A DNA stretch of 64,000 nucleotides from Octopus sinensis (Eukaryota), in the NCBI RefSeq assembly GCF_006345805.1, contig NC_043001.1:58528001-58592000 (forward strand), in the 5' to 3' direction. Below are positions 48,775 through 63,290 of this stretch, one piece after another. The translations under genes were made by a program, and so were the position numbers. Numbering within the stretch: position 1 is the stretch's first letter; each line of letters starts with the position of its first letter. A model generated the notes under the pieces. That model saw nothing but the letters and a program-made list of their open reading frames with translations, searched no databases and had not been told where the DNA came from.

Positions 48775-49885
48775 ACAGACGTGATCCTCGATGCGACTTG
48801 AAATAGATTCCCTGAAGAAAAGACATATGACCATCAGGGTAGAACCCTTGCTTTCTTTCGGACTCCACGTATCTGGTGCTAATCGCTCCCAGCTTTTTTG
48901 CCACAGGCTTCCATCTTTTCTCGAATCTTTCTCGTGATCTTACTGCTGAGGAGGTAACTAAAACAATTAACCAGCTCCTGGCCAGATAAAAGGTACCCGT
49001 CACTATTCCTCTCACACGCGTCTTCCATACTGTTTCTTTCAGTGTAGCTACTATTCAGAAAAAGCAAGCTGTCATCTCCCTGTTAAAGGAAGGAGGTGGT
49101 ACAATCTCTATGATAGATTTAACCGATAGATGTACTCTTCCCATCGATGACAACAGTTGCTCTGCTTGATCCATGTACCAATGTCCGTTAAGGACGTTAA
49201 CTGCTGAAGGTAGAAGCGGACGTGCGGTAACTACGCCTGCTCTCCATCCAGATGTGCCTCAACCTTAACACGAGTTTTCGCATCTCTAGCCAAGCTATCC
49301 CTAGCCCACCTTTTAACGGTTTCTGGCAGCAGACAGAGCGCTTCACAAGTGGCTTTATTCCCTTCCACAAAAAGTGAAAAAGGATTCACTCCAACTTGTT
49401 CATCCACAAATCGGGGCAAGACACAATGGTCAGACGGTAGGTGATAACCGATGCTATATACATCTGCACAACTTCCGCCTTTCCTAGCAAGGAAAACGCC
49501 CGCCCAGATAAGGTCTGGGTTAGAGCAGTCACCTTGCTGCTCACCTGACTTCAATGTTTCTCTATCTGGAGGCCTGGGCCAAACCAGACCTCAAGTAGCT
49601 TAACGGTACATTCCGTCCAACGCCCCACGACATCATTGGACGCCATCTGCTTGCCCCTCCAGGTGCCGAGTTGCAAACCGACCGACCTTTCCTTGTTAAC
49701 CTTTGCTCCTGCCACCGCCTCGTAACTTTTGATAGCATCTTCCAGTTCATACACAGAAAGGTCTGAATACATGTTTCCTACCGATATAAGACTCACTGAC
49801 AAACCGCTGCCAAGCAGCATAATAATTTGTGTCCGACTCGTCAAATATCAACATAGCGAATAGACCGACGCATGCGCAATAAGCA
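48775..49885 (-). mobile_element. L1/Tx1-clade RT remnant
   Basis: YEAVAGAKVNKERSVGLQLGTWRGK, VKLLEVWFGP and downstream thumb motifs; frameshifted. Confidence 0.8.
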
Positions 49886-49927
49886 AGGAAGCTACTTACC
49901 ACACAGCAACTCTTGCGCCAGTATATA

Positions 49928-50012
<85 letters not shown>

Positions 50013-50305
50013 CAGAGGCAAGAAAAGAGAAAAGGAGGAGAAGTAGTGAGAGAGAGAGAGAAAGAAAGAGACAGATCAAAGTAGAGTGCAAAGTGTGAAA
50101 GGCAGAGAAATGTAGGAGAGAGAGACAGTGTTATAGAGTCGTACCAAATTTAAAGGAATATGTACTTACATACAAGGCCAAAGAGGGTACGGGCGTCGCT
50201 ATATATATTATATGTAGAAAAATACAAACTGGGACAAGAAGGTAAAACATTTAGAAGACGATACAAAAAACACGGACGGGACATTCGAAGCCTTCAATCT
50301 TCGAG

Positions 50306-50454
50306 CTTCAAGATTCCAAAATAGATCCACGTTTCTAATGGAAATATATATAAGAACTTATGTACGACTCCCTTTCCTTTCCTCTCACCCTATCCCTCTA
50401 TGTCCTTCTCTTGCTCTCTGTTCCCCCCCACACACACACACACACGTATATATA

Positions 50455-50497
<43 letters not shown>

Positions 50498-50506
50498 CAC
50501 ACACAC

Positions 50507-50545
<39 letters not shown>

Positions 50546-50684
50546 CGTGTGTGTGTGTGTGTGTGGAAACAGAGAGCAAGAGAAGGACATAGAGGGATAG
50601 GGTGAGAGGAAAGGAAAGGGAGTGGTACATAATTTCTTATATATATTTCCATTAGAAACGTGGATCTATTTTGGAATCTTGAAG
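50306..50684. repeat. Long inverted repeat centred on a (TA)n/(CA)n microsatellite
   Basis: About 115 bp of unique sequence plus the CA tract on each arm, with about 3 substitutions. Confidence 0.92.
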
Positions 50685-51111
50685 GCTTTTCTCAAAATGA
50701 AGATGCTTTTTAAACTGATGCACATTTATAGCTTTCCGAAATTTATTTAGTTATTGTTTTCAGAAAAAAAGCGGAAATGCAGAATGCATTTCCCAAAACT
50801 GCTTTTGACTTAAATGAGAACATAGTAAAAGAAAAGAGAAATTTCAACAATAAAAAAAATTAGAAAAATAATATTCTCTCTCTCACACATTTGTGACTAG
50901 CGTTTCCATTTTGTTGTGATTTAATATTTTAATTTTAATTTTCAGAAGAATGGATTTTGACTTATCTTACTTATAAATTTCTTTTCCTTCTAATTTTGAA
51001 TTTTAAACCTCAATCAATCATCATGAAAAATATCTAGCAAAATATGAAAACCAATCCCACATATATACATAAAAACAGGCACACACGCAGGCAATATATA
51101 TATGTATATAT

Positions 51112-51210
51112 GCCCACGGGCTACTAACCAAAGGGTTCCTCGTTCGATTCCAAGCAGTGACATGAACAATAACAACAACAACAACAATAATTATAATAAT
51201 AATAATAATG

Positions 51211-51282
<72 letters not shown>

Positions 51283-51410
51283 TCATAAAATACCTTAGGA
51301 AATAGAACTCATGTTCGAAATTACCCCGAGACACATGAAGAAGATGAGGACAAATATCCGTCGAATATAAATAATATAAATAATGTACATAATTCTAATC
51401 TCTTAAATAT
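51112..51410 (+). mobile_element. Composite short element: tRNA-like half + (AAT)n + tail of the hammerhead family (core deleted)
   Basis: B-box GTTCGATTC at 51142-51150; AAT tract to about 51278; then gttcgaaattaccccgagacac..gatgaggacaaatatccg, matching 23813-23940 with the ribozyme interior deleted. Confidence 0.6.
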
Positions 51411-52989
51411 AGAACTGTATGAAATTGTCAGGTCTCCCAATTGTCTGTTGGATCGTTTCTGTTTATGACATAATGTGGTACAAAAATGCCCACCAATCTA
51501 AGGTCTACATCTGTTGCACTGTAGATTTCAAGCGCTGCTATCAATCTAACATGAGTTCAATCCCAAATCGAGCCTCTAAACTCTTTACCTATCAAGCTGC
51601 ATATATATAAAATCAAGTTCCAAGATATTCGTTATACCTTACTCTGATCCATATGCTTTCCATCTTGCGACACCATAACTCTCATTACACAATAGGTTCT
51701 CTTACGTAATCTTTTCTCGCAGGCACAACTGTTATTGTTCGTCTACCTATTATGTAAAGTCTCTATAATTTCTCCTACTTGCGATTCAGTCTTAATTTAT
51801 CACTTAGCTATGCTAGCAACATGTGCCTGGTCTCTTTCTTTTTCTTTCTATTTTTCTCTGTATATATTCTCCTTGTAACATTATCCATACGAAAATATAA
51901 CTTCCTCCACTGTTACCCCACCTTCATTCCTCGAATTCTTCTATCCTATCTATAACCAGATATCCTCCCAAATTGTTCCAAAACTTCATCCTCTCTAATT
52001 TTCTTGTACCACACTCTCTCTCTATCGCAGCACTCCTCCTTCTCTGTCAACCACCCTATTTCCTATTTAACTCCTTAACTTTCTCTAATTTTCTATAGCT
52101 TCAACCATACCTGATTTGTTGAAATACCTGACCCCCAACGGTGCCTTTATTCACAATGTTGACACATCTCATCCCCTTCCCCACCCTGACTCATCACTCC
52201 TACTTCTGCTCCCTCCCCACAATTAATCACTTTCTCCTCCACCTTGCATTTCTTTTCTATTCTTGTTCTTCCTTTGCTTTTCTACTCTTCCTCCCTAAGC
52301 TTTTCTATTCTTCCTCCCAGTCTTTACACCTGTCTTCCTATCTTCCCATTGATGTGGAAATGTGAACTATTGGATGTGAACTGCTGTTTATCATTTATCA
52401 TTCTGAGAATGGGAGCCAGTCTTAAGGTAGTGTCTATTTGCGATCATCTGCTGGTTGCATATCCATGACTTTAAGGTACATCCCATACGCTAATTCTGAA
52501 CATTATGACTGTTGCGTAAATCTAGATCTCAGAAACAGCTGTCGGGCTAAAAATCTATGCTTATCAGCTGTGAATTCTTGAATGTTACATATATCATATG
52601 CAATACTGTATTAGCATGAATCAACAATAACAGTATAAATGCTCATCTTCCGGTGACCAGATTCAAATCACTATTTTATCATCATTAATTCATCTCCTTT
52701 TTTTTACCCAACCGAATAACTATCATCACTTTTAGAAATATAAATTCATATAACTGTCATATAAATATAAAGGACGAAGAAACCTCAAGTTCATTCGATC
52801 ATTAACCACAGACTTCTCCGGAAATTTAGGAGAATAAAAATGAATATTTAAGGATAAACATTCTTGTGTCTGTTACCAGATTAGAGAAAACCAGTGCCAT
52901 ATGATCATTTCCTTAACTCAGCAGGATACTAAAAACTGTCACCTTATAGACCTATTTTTATAAACCCAGAGATATGTGACTGTAAAATA

Positions 52990-53038
52990 GCAAGTGGTAT
53001 TCATAGTTGGATAGGAGCTTTAAATTTCTTAGAGAGAC

Positions 53039-53115
<77 letters not shown>

Positions 53116-53255
53116 AATACACACATATATAAATATATATGCACATATAATATATATATATATAAATATACATATACACATACACACTCATACACGCACA
53201 GACACACACACACACATATATATATATATGTGTGTATGTGTGTATATGTATATAT

Positions 53256-53310
<55 letters not shown>
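52990..53310. repeat. (TA)n/(CA)n compound microsatellite
   Basis: Direct reading. Confidence 0.9.
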
Positions 53311-54559
53311 CTTCGTTTGTTTCATTATTATATTTAGAGATATATTAATTTTCTTGAGCGGAATAATAATATTTCTTCAGGTCTTCGTAACCTGAATAAA
53401 TTTTCTGATATTCCATCATTGCATTTGTTTTGCAAGATACTTGATATGGCACAAAACAAAGTAATTCTACCAAGACACAGCAACATATATTTTTATATTT
53501 CTTATATCTTAACTGATTATATTCATGACTGTTAGATATTGAATTAAATCGAGAGATTTCATTTTCTAACACTGAATTATATTCTCGATTTCTTATATCA
53601 CACATTTTATGCATCCATTCCTGCACCGTATCACACTTCCTTTCTAATTCTGGACAAAATATTATTCAATCTGTCTTTTTGTTTTTCTCTTGTGTTTTAT
53701 ATAGGTGCGTGTCAACTCGGATATCATTTCAAATACTATTAAATATTTGCGAATAAAAATTCATTCTAAATAATAATGATTTCAACACCAGCCATCCTAT
53801 GCAACGGTTATAGATATTGCCTATTCCCCTCGGATTAATTAATCGTAATAGAATCTGTTTTTACAAGAAAGTTGGACATTTTAAACCTGACAAACCCATA
53901 CTCTCTTTCCCTATAAAAATTTTAATTTCTTCATCTTTCACAATCATCGAATGTATTACCGAAGTACAAAAAATATATCTCGTAATCTATCTGAACTGCA
54001 GGTTTTGGAGTATTTGTCATTTTATGTACATAACTAAATCAACTTCAATCATTAATTCGTTTACGATAAAATTTAACTAACCTCACGATCGACTACCGTT
54101 AGTAGATTTCAATAATGAAATTACGAAATAGAAACTAAATGTTCGACATTTCATGTGCTGCCGTTTTAAAATAGCAAAAAACAATGGATAGCGTAAAATA
54201 TGCAGTGTAAACTGTATTTAAAATAATATGGTATAAACATTGTTAACACTTTTTAAAATCGTATCTTCGTTCAATTAGATCTGATCAGGACACGTCAACA
54301 AAATAACATCAATAACAGCCATAATCTTAAATATTTTACCGCCTCCTTATTATAACCTTTATTCTGCTCGCATGAACAAGTGCAAGGAGAACAAATACCA
54401 ACTATATTTCAGGTTGCGAAATTCAAAGCCGAATTGTGTGTCATCTCTAATATCTGCAGTGCTGACATTTGATTATCTCTTAATTTAAATCTTTCTTGAT
54501 GTCGCTGTATTATAGTTAGTGAAGCACAAACTTGTGCTATTTGCTGCAGATCTGTCCAG

Positions 54560-55500
54560 CACAGCCTCTACCCTGTCGGATACATCCTTCATTAGGGCAC
54601 AAACAGATATGCGATTAGCAAGCACTGGTCAATATGAAATGTCCAAAGCATTCATAAGTCGACTATGGCTTCTTGACTGATGTCCCAAGATCAGTAGCTT
54701 TTGGACCAGTCTTCAGAGATTAGTTTCCAAATATAAAGCGACATCTGTTTGAGAGTCACATTAAATGACCAGCTCACATAACCATTGATCAGCTAGTGCT
54801 CTGTGGGATCAGAATATATTCCCTTGCTTCTCCTATATGTTTTAGCTGTTGCGACCATTCCTTGAAAGAAATTGTGCTTGAATGCATCACTGGAGAACCT
54901 CGCCTTAATATGCAAGCGACGTGCGGTTTTGGGGAGAGACATTTCAGAGATAGAAACGACTGTGTACACAACACTTGAGGTATGGTTTACTGTCAGCACT
55001 CAAGAGTGCTGGGAGCACTCATGAGCCGGAAGACGTAGGTGAGATCGCAACTTGACAGCTATTGAGACAAGTCCCTGCCGGCCTGTAATGATCTCTGTCG
55101 ACATCCATATTGATATGAACTGGGTGGTTTCAAATACGCTGGAAAGAAGTCGTACCTCAACTGTCGGGCGGAATGACTAAAGTATACATCGCCTTAGTAA
55201 CACATTACCTCTTCATTGCTGTAGCTTTCCCCAATAGATATCTTTCTGGCTGGGGCACTTTTTGGGGATTTTTTCGGAAGAGGCAGATTTCACAGGTCAA
55301 GAAATACATCAACGGACAACATCCAGGACGTGGTTGTCTCTAGAATTCGTATTTGGAAATATGCATGAGGCTGACATACATTCAGGAAGAAATACCAGAA
55401 TCATTCTGAGCATGATGACGGGGAACTATTATGGATGCATTTCGTGCAACATATCAGCAGATAATACCTGGAAGATAGGTTTGAAGAGAGGTATTTTCAA
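54560..55500 (+). mobile_element. Highly decayed L1/Tx1 RT remnant
   Basis: RVTLNDQLT..CSVG..PLLLLYVLAV resembles the SVRQGCPLSPLLYVL region; many stops. Confidence 0.55.
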
Positions 55501-55959
55501 CTCTGGCTAATGACTTATCAACCGATTCAAGTACAACATAAAGAAGAATGTGAGAGTAGAAAAGAATATGTTGCATCCTACTTTCTTCAATGAAAGATAG
55601 ATGAGAATTACGAGATGGTGAGTCTCGTTGGGTTTACTATTCTTTGTAGAAGAAAAAAGCAACTGCGTGAACGCACATTTCATGACTTCGATGCAGCACA
55701 TATTGCAGAAATTTCCTTCGTATTGTGAATCTCATATTTGTGTACATATTTTTATCCTTGTACATTCATGAGTACATCAAGTTTGTGATTAATGAAATAA
55801 ATGACGACAATGATGATGATGATGATCATGATGATGATCATGATGATGACGATAATGATATTCATTATATTTTCCCTCATCCGTATCATCTTCCTTCATT
55901 GTTTGTTTCACAGGTTGGTTCTTATAACTTGGTCACATTTCTGCTTTGAGAGTGAGCTA

Positions 55960-56790
55960 CAAACAATAACTTACATATCAAGCAGGTTCCTCCTTGCCTT
56001 TTCCAGTTATTTAAGTGTATATAACTATCGAGTACCCTACAAAATGCTTTAGCTGATCACAATAAGAAAAATCTTTGCGATAGCTTTATTTCACAATCTA
56101 ATTCTATCTTCTCCAACTATTTTGCAATGTCCTAATTGTCCCTAATTCTCCTACAAATACTGACATGGTAGTTACGTACTTCATTTTCTATATCCTGAAG
56201 ATTCCATACTCGTTATAAATTGTCAACTTTTCTGCTTCTTTTATTTCTATTCCTGTATCAAACGAACGTAATGAGATACGCGTTATGGGTTTTATGAACA
56301 ACCAATATGTGTGACAGAGTTTCCAATATATGACCGTTGCCTCTAGCTACGTCGCCACCTCTTGTACTCTCACTGTGCAAAGCTTGACTATTCAGACTAC
56401 ATCATCTACATAAAGGCGATGTTACTCTCTCTCCAAAGGCGACGAACTCGAAATATTGCCGGACATATTCTTCTCTTACACCTTCAGGTTTGTAGGTATA
56501 ACATTGTCCACTCCTTTATACCTGATTCATATCTAATAGCAGTGACCCTCAAAGTTATGACCAATATTGAGTTATCCCCTTTGCTATTATTAACTGCAAT
56601 ATTAAACTGTATAATTCTTTAGCAGCCTTGGGGAATCTACGTGAGCATTGAACAAAATTCTTTGCTGTAGCTTCTTAAAGCACTTTATGTTCAAATTCTA
56701 AATATTTCGACCTTGTCTGTCCAGGATTTTATATGCCTTATAGTCAACTTTTCTACTTCCTTGCATTTTATTCCTGTGTCGAACGAGCGT
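55960..56790 (-). mobile_element. Highly decayed Dong/R4 remnants (two RLE-end pieces)
   Basis: Minus strand VIYWKLC, KEAEKLTIY..MSVFVGELGT; 56220-56275 resembles 56742-56795. Confidence 0.45.
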
Positions 56791-58610
56791 AATAAATGAA
56801 GAAATGTGTTAAGTTCTTACGCATTACTGCCGATTCATAATTAATAAATTTTGTGCCTGTTTCGTAAACCCTTTTGACACTTATTTCTAATATAGATATA
56901 TGACCAATCCGTTTGGTGAAGGACTCTATTAAGGTAATCGAACCATTGGCTCAAGTTGCATATTTATATCCTTAGAAGGGAAGAGAATCAAAGAAAGTTT
57001 CCGCAGGTTTTCAAACAGGAATGAAAAGACACAAAAGACAATTTCGTCCATCACTTATACAAATTCCACTGCATCTAAATATCATAAAGCCATAACCAAA
57101 GCTTAAGACTACGGCCACACAGAAACACTGCTATAGACTCTTTAGATGCTTCTTAAAGAAAACCATAATTTTCCCATTAGCTCAACTATCATCAACAAAA
57201 TTTATTTAGGAGAAAGACTGTTTAAATTTGAAGGAAAAACAAAAACCCGACTTCAGTATATTAATTTTGGCAGTACCATAACAAGACTCAGTAAATGAAT
57301 TAAATAAACATGAATTGTGTCAGTTTACATGATTCTGATATATCTATATATTTATATCTATGTCTACATCTATATCTATGCATGCACACACACACACATA
57401 TAATATACATTTATGCTACTACACTGCTTATGTATATTTTCTCTCTTGGGTTTATTTAATGTTATTAAACATTTGTAATTGTCAGTATGATGTTTTTGGA
57501 TTTAAATCAATGTCTGCACAACCATTTTGTATTTCTAGACTATATGACGTTTATGTGTGCGTGCGTGTGTGGTGCGTGTGTGCATGCGTATTGGCGTGCA
57601 TGTATACATACATATGTTGTGTAGCGGTTACATACTTTAGCAGCATGACGTAATAGTCGTGTCAGTTATCATTTGTTTCTAAATGTCTTACGCTTTTCCA
57701 TTGGTCAATTTTACTGTTCATATACAGATTCTAGTCTCCGTGAAGATGTTCTTTTTTAATGGAGACAGGCGTTTAGAATCGGGTTTACAACAGTTATCTA
57801 AACCCAGATATTTGGGAAACTATTTAGTGACACTTGGTTGTCACTCACTTTTGCATTGCTATTTTGCATTGTTCATTCTTCATGAACTTATGTCATGCTA
57901 TTCTCAACCTGTTAGTGTAGGTTAAAGGACTAAGTAAATTTATCATTTCGTCATTCCTGCGATAGATGATTTTTAAAATGTTTACTTCATATATAATATG
58001 TATTACAATTTTTCCATCATGAATATGTCGTGATGAATTCACTGTTTATATTTTTAAATCGAGTCTGTTCTTCTCTTTTGTATAATGCGTACGAACTTTC
58101 ATCGTATGTTAATAAAGAAAAATGAATTAGTTTAAGATTAAGTTGCATGCATCTCTTTGTCAACATGAGAAAATACAGTCAACCCAGTATGATGAAACTA
58201 AATAACATTTTCAGAATAAACATGACTTCTTAAATTTACTTCCGCAGATATTTTCATTGTGCTATCGAACATATTTCCTTATCCTATTTAAACAATCATA
58301 TAACCGTGCTAGTGAAATATTGGTATTCTTCAACATACATGCTGAACGCGACTAAGAGTGTATATTACATATATACGTTCTGCATACACCTCTAAACTCC
58401 TCGCAACATGGTCTTTAAGATACATGAACGTTTAGCTATAGGTGTATATATTATTTGTATATCTAATTATACTCAAATCTATACGAACTATCATAACCTG
58501 TAACCAATCAAAACACAGCCAAACCTAATGTTTATAACTGATGACATATATACCTACAACAGTAAGCAATTATAGTTGGTGACAACCTGACATTAAGAGC
58601 GGTTATAATA

Positions 58611-59193
58611 TTCTTTTCTACTCTAGGCACAAGGCCCGAAATTTTGATCGACCCAGTACGCAACTGGTACTTAATTTATCGACCCCGAAAGGCAAAGTCG
58701 ACCTTGGCGGAATTTGAACTCAGAACGTAAAGACAGACGAAATACCTATCTCTTTACTGCCCACAAGGGGCTAAACACAGAGAGGACAACCAAGGACAGA
58801 CAAACGGATTAAGTCGATAATATCGACCCAGTGCGTAACTGGTACTTATTTAATCGACTCCGAAAGGATGAAAGGCAAAGTTGACCTCGGCGGAATTTGA
58901 ACTCAGAACGTATCGGCAAACGAAATACCGCTAAGCATTTCGCTCGGCGTGCTAACGTTTCTTATTTCTTTATTGCCCAGAAGGGGCTAAACATAGAGGG
59001 GACAAACAAGGACAGACAAAGGGATTAAGTCGATTACATCGACCCCAGTGCGAAACGGGTACTTGATTTATCGACCCCATAAGGATGAAAGGCATAGTCG
59101 ACCTCGGCGGAATTTGAACTCAGAACGTAACGGCAGACGAAACCGTTAAGCTTTTCACCCGGTGCGCTAACGTTTCTGCCAGCTCGCCGCTTT
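58611..59193 (-). mobile_element. Head-to-tail trimer of SINE family B
   Basis: Three B-box-containing units: about 59193-58962, 58961-58747 and 58746-58611. Confidence 0.9.
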
Positions 59194-60383
59194 AGAGCGA
59201 TTATAATATTAATCAATCAAATTGAAACAGTCCGATTTTCACATTTTTTGTTTTGTTATGTATTGTCAAAAGTTTGAACATCGGGCTAAATTGGAATGTG
59301 ATTGACTAAGATATGTATCTACAGACAACTTCAAAAATATTGAACTATGTACACACTTACACATCACCCACACGCACACATCATTTCCACATACATTGCG
59401 CATTTTAAAAAATCACTATTCACTATCTTCGTTGTTTATTTTTGCTCAGTTCTCTGAGTTTTTTTTAATTACTTTAAAAATGGGGAAAGTATATTTCGTT
59501 AGATAAACTATAAATGTTTTCTATTTTCTCTTTATTTACCACCACATATTTTCTAATTATTGTGCATACTATATTCGAAAAATTCGATTTTAAATTGTTG
59601 CAAGTATCCAAATCATATTGATGGCAAGCTGCAAATGGCTTCTAATCTACTCTGCCGTCGTGTTGTTGCTGAATATACGATATACTTTATTGTTTCTATC
59701 AACGCAATTACATCTGGACAGGCTTAAGTACTAACATTTATTAAACATGACAGGATATTGTAGCCATGTCATTGTCTATTCGAAATTATATTTAGACCTC
59801 AAAACAGATTTGGCATTTGACAGTGAAATGTATATTATTATCTAAAACGTATATACTTTATTTGTTTACTCCAAACTAGATGCAATATTTTTATATAACA
59901 ATTATTCTTTCATGCTAGAGTGAGCAATATTTTGTAAACTCTTTTTAGAGATACAGAGTCCTTTGTATATTTCTAATTTTATTAAGTTACATTTAAACTT
60001 TATCATCAAATCTGTTGCTATAAAGAAATAGCGCCTCAGCTTTATTCCACTCGTGATATCTCATTATTCATATGCCTTGCACGGCTAAACAGTACAACGA
60101 TGTACTTTTGCAGCTATGCCTTCTTGACAGATTTGCTCATTATTTCTACATCACTACAACTATTGTATTGATAGAAGAATCAGATGTCGGACGTGTCCAT
60201 TCATCATCACACAGTTCTACAGTATAAATGGAATAAAGACAAAAAAACACACACGCACACAAAATGTTATTGTTTTGACAAATACCTTCGATATCGATAT
60301 TGTCTGTCTAGCCGCCAGACAAGATTATGCACTGTAGAGTTCGTAACCAACTGAGATAATATTAGTAAAATTACCACCACCAC

Positions 60384-60384
<1 letters not shown>

Positions 60385-60451
<67 letters not shown>

Positions 60452-60475
60452 CAGCAGCAGCAGTAGTAGTAGTAT
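60385..60475. repeat. (TAG)n/(CAG)n microsatellite
   Basis: Direct reading. Confidence 0.95.
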
Positions 60476-61769
60476 TAGTCGTTATTGTTATACTGTTATA
60501 TTGACAACGGTAAAGGAAATAAACTCAAAGTCAGGTTTAAATGCATAATACAGACAGATTATATTGACTAAATATTGTCAAACTTAATCCAAATCACTAT
60601 CGTAAGTTCCGTCGATGCTACATGGATTTAGAAAACAAAGTGGCTGAGAGGGTTAAGAGGTGCTGAATAACAAGCTGACACAGTACGAATTCATGTTTCA
60701 CCCAGTCCATTTTCATGCATATTTTAAAACAACTATATTTACTAAAAATTATCTCAGTCTTGGAAGTATGCGGGAAATTGTATGAACAGAAAGCTAACTC
60801 TTCAGCAGCGTGAATCACTGCAGTCGTAACGAACACAACTCTCACAACACAATCTGTTTATCTGAAGGTATGGTACCTTAATGCAATACAGACAGTTCTT
60901 TAAATTTATGATATTTTATACTTCACAACACGAATTATGTGAAGTAATAACCAACAAATTTATGCCAATGTTTGAATTGCTCAATTTCTGTAAATCAAAT
61001 CGCATCGTCTTAAAAAGCAAAGTTAGATAATGTAGTTCTAGTTATTGCAAAAAATGTATTAGTGATAAGCGGAAGGACTTTCATCTAAGTTTGCTGGTCT
61101 TAAAGATTCATCCATGGAGAACCTTCTTATATGCTGTAAGTAATAGTATTCTTGGTACGCTGTGATTAATAGTTACTTTTTACTACCTTCACGCATTACC
61201 GGTGTACAGCTTAAAATATGGTACGGTGCACAATAAAACCAACACGATGACCTGGGAGTTTCGTACTTTTACAGAACGGACATAAATATAAAGACGCTAC
61301 AGTTAGCAAAATTTATCTTGTGTTTTTAAACCTACTTTATTCAGAACTATGTTATCAATGTGTGTTTTCTTTCTAGCATTGTCTATGAAACAGATACTGC
61401 GTAAAGTAACCTCTTTGGGTTTGGATATTCATATTGCAGTTTATTAAAGTTTATTCAGCATAGATTGTGAGTAAAAGAGTGAATAACTCCCTGAATGAGA
61501 AGGCTATATAATATCAATCATTATCTCCTATTTACCTCAACACCAGCTCATGCAAATTATTGAAGATTAAAATACACATTTTAATTAATTAACAAAAACC
61601 TTTTGCAGGGAAACATCCGACGTTATTGAGATCATGGATGATGCTGAAAAGATAAACTAAATAGACCAGCATTTTGTTATGCAGCTACTTAAATTTTACT
61701 GATGAGATTTTTAGTAATTCTTACTCGTTATAGGATAATAAATCTGAAATAAATTCCCCAAATCTATTG

Positions 61770-63290
61770 AAGCTTGCTTCCAAGCCACATTCTGGAGAAT
61801 CAAAAGAAATGTCAGTGGACAGCAAAACGTCTGAAGCTAGCATCATAACACAGGATAGTTCGTCGTGTCAAACGCCTTTGTTAGATAGAAGAAAGCAGAA
61901 CATATGTTCCTCTTCTATTCACGACACTTTTCAAGGTGAAGAAGAACCACAAATATCACATAAAGAATGCTTGTTTCAGGTCGAAGCCATTGATTCCTGA
62001 AGACACGTTGCGCGGTGGAACTAACAGCCTTCCATTTTTGAAAAAGAGCTGCTGAGCTCGGGTCGGTTAAAATATATTCTTGGATAGAAGAGTTTGTATG
62101 ATCTCGGCTGATTAATTGAAAACAGTCGGGGTTGAGATGCGTAGTTGTCCTAGAGGATTCCTTGGCAGTATCTTGTAGAACAATGAAGGATGAGCCCCAG
62201 ATGTCCTTGATTTCCACTTGTGCGAGGTCAGCCAGAGGATCTGGGATAGGTGAGAGCTGATCTTGAAATCTGCATTGATGCTGTGTACGCTTTTCAGGAT
62301 TGGAGAGGGCAACAATGGCAAGACAAGGAAAAGACTGCGATTTTCGGAATGGAGACTTCATATTCAAACGAAGGAGAGAGAGATCTGATCATTCAATGGT
62401 CTGTCCAACATTTAGCATGCCTCATAGCACTTTGTCAAACAATAATAATCAAGAAGGTTCCAGAATTTGGGTCGAAGATGCATCAAATAGAATTTGTGGA
62501 TTGTTAGAAACTGGAAAACTGTGTTGTTAATGACAAATCAATGTTGGGTACAAATAGTTTGAAGACGAACGCCATGATGACCAATAATGCCGGGCCAGAT
62601 GAAATTACTTTGGCTGAGCCTGACAGTAAAATCTCCAAGACCTTTTGAAACTTGGCTTCTTCAAAAAAGTCCAAGGTGGGCGCGAGCTCATTATGGTAGA
62701 GTATCGGCCTTTGGAGAATGCAAGCCGCAATGTGATGAAACGTTCACGCAATCTGACAGGTAATTCTGTCATCTTATTTGCTATAGAAATCTTCACAGCG
62801 AAATCCATTCTATGACTTCTCTTGTTGCCATCGGAGACGCCCTTTCAGTAGAATGTGTATTTCTCCCCTTGTTTAGTGAGAAAGCCTTCTTCTGAGAAGT
62901 ACGTCTCACTAAGAGATTCTATGTCCAAGTTGTAACGTTTCAGCTCCGATGCAACCAGACCATTAGGTTAATCTGAGTTAGGAAGGTACTGATATTCGAA
63001 CATTTGGCAGTCTTTTGATGTTTCGACCACATTAGAAGGATCACTTGTCACGTGCGGTTTCCTTTTACTCGTAGAACGAGGCAACCTTTGTTTCGGCCAC
63101 CTTTTCTAGGCCGTTCTTCGGATTAAGGTAGGCAGTTACTTCCCTAAAAAGGGCTGCCTAGACACATGCGCTAGACCAAGGAAACCTGCTGCCTACTCGT
63201 GAAGACTTCAGCGGCCATCATATTCATACCGCCATCGTCCAAACTTCCATCTAGTGGCTTTAATCATTCTTAACTCTGTCACCAGCATTT
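61770..63290 (-). mobile_element. RTE-clade LINE remnant (APE, tether, start of RT; internally deleted)
   Basis: Minus strand ELKRYNLDIESLSETYFSEEG..YTFY*KG, DFAVK..ERFITLRL, LEKCRE..FFYLTKAFDT. Confidence 0.85.

Noticed and set aside
63125-63200. HDV-like ribozyme at the RTE 5' end (TAGGCAG/CTGCCTA hairpin)
   Set aside because: Only a simple hairpin is present; L3 and J4/2 motifs are missing.
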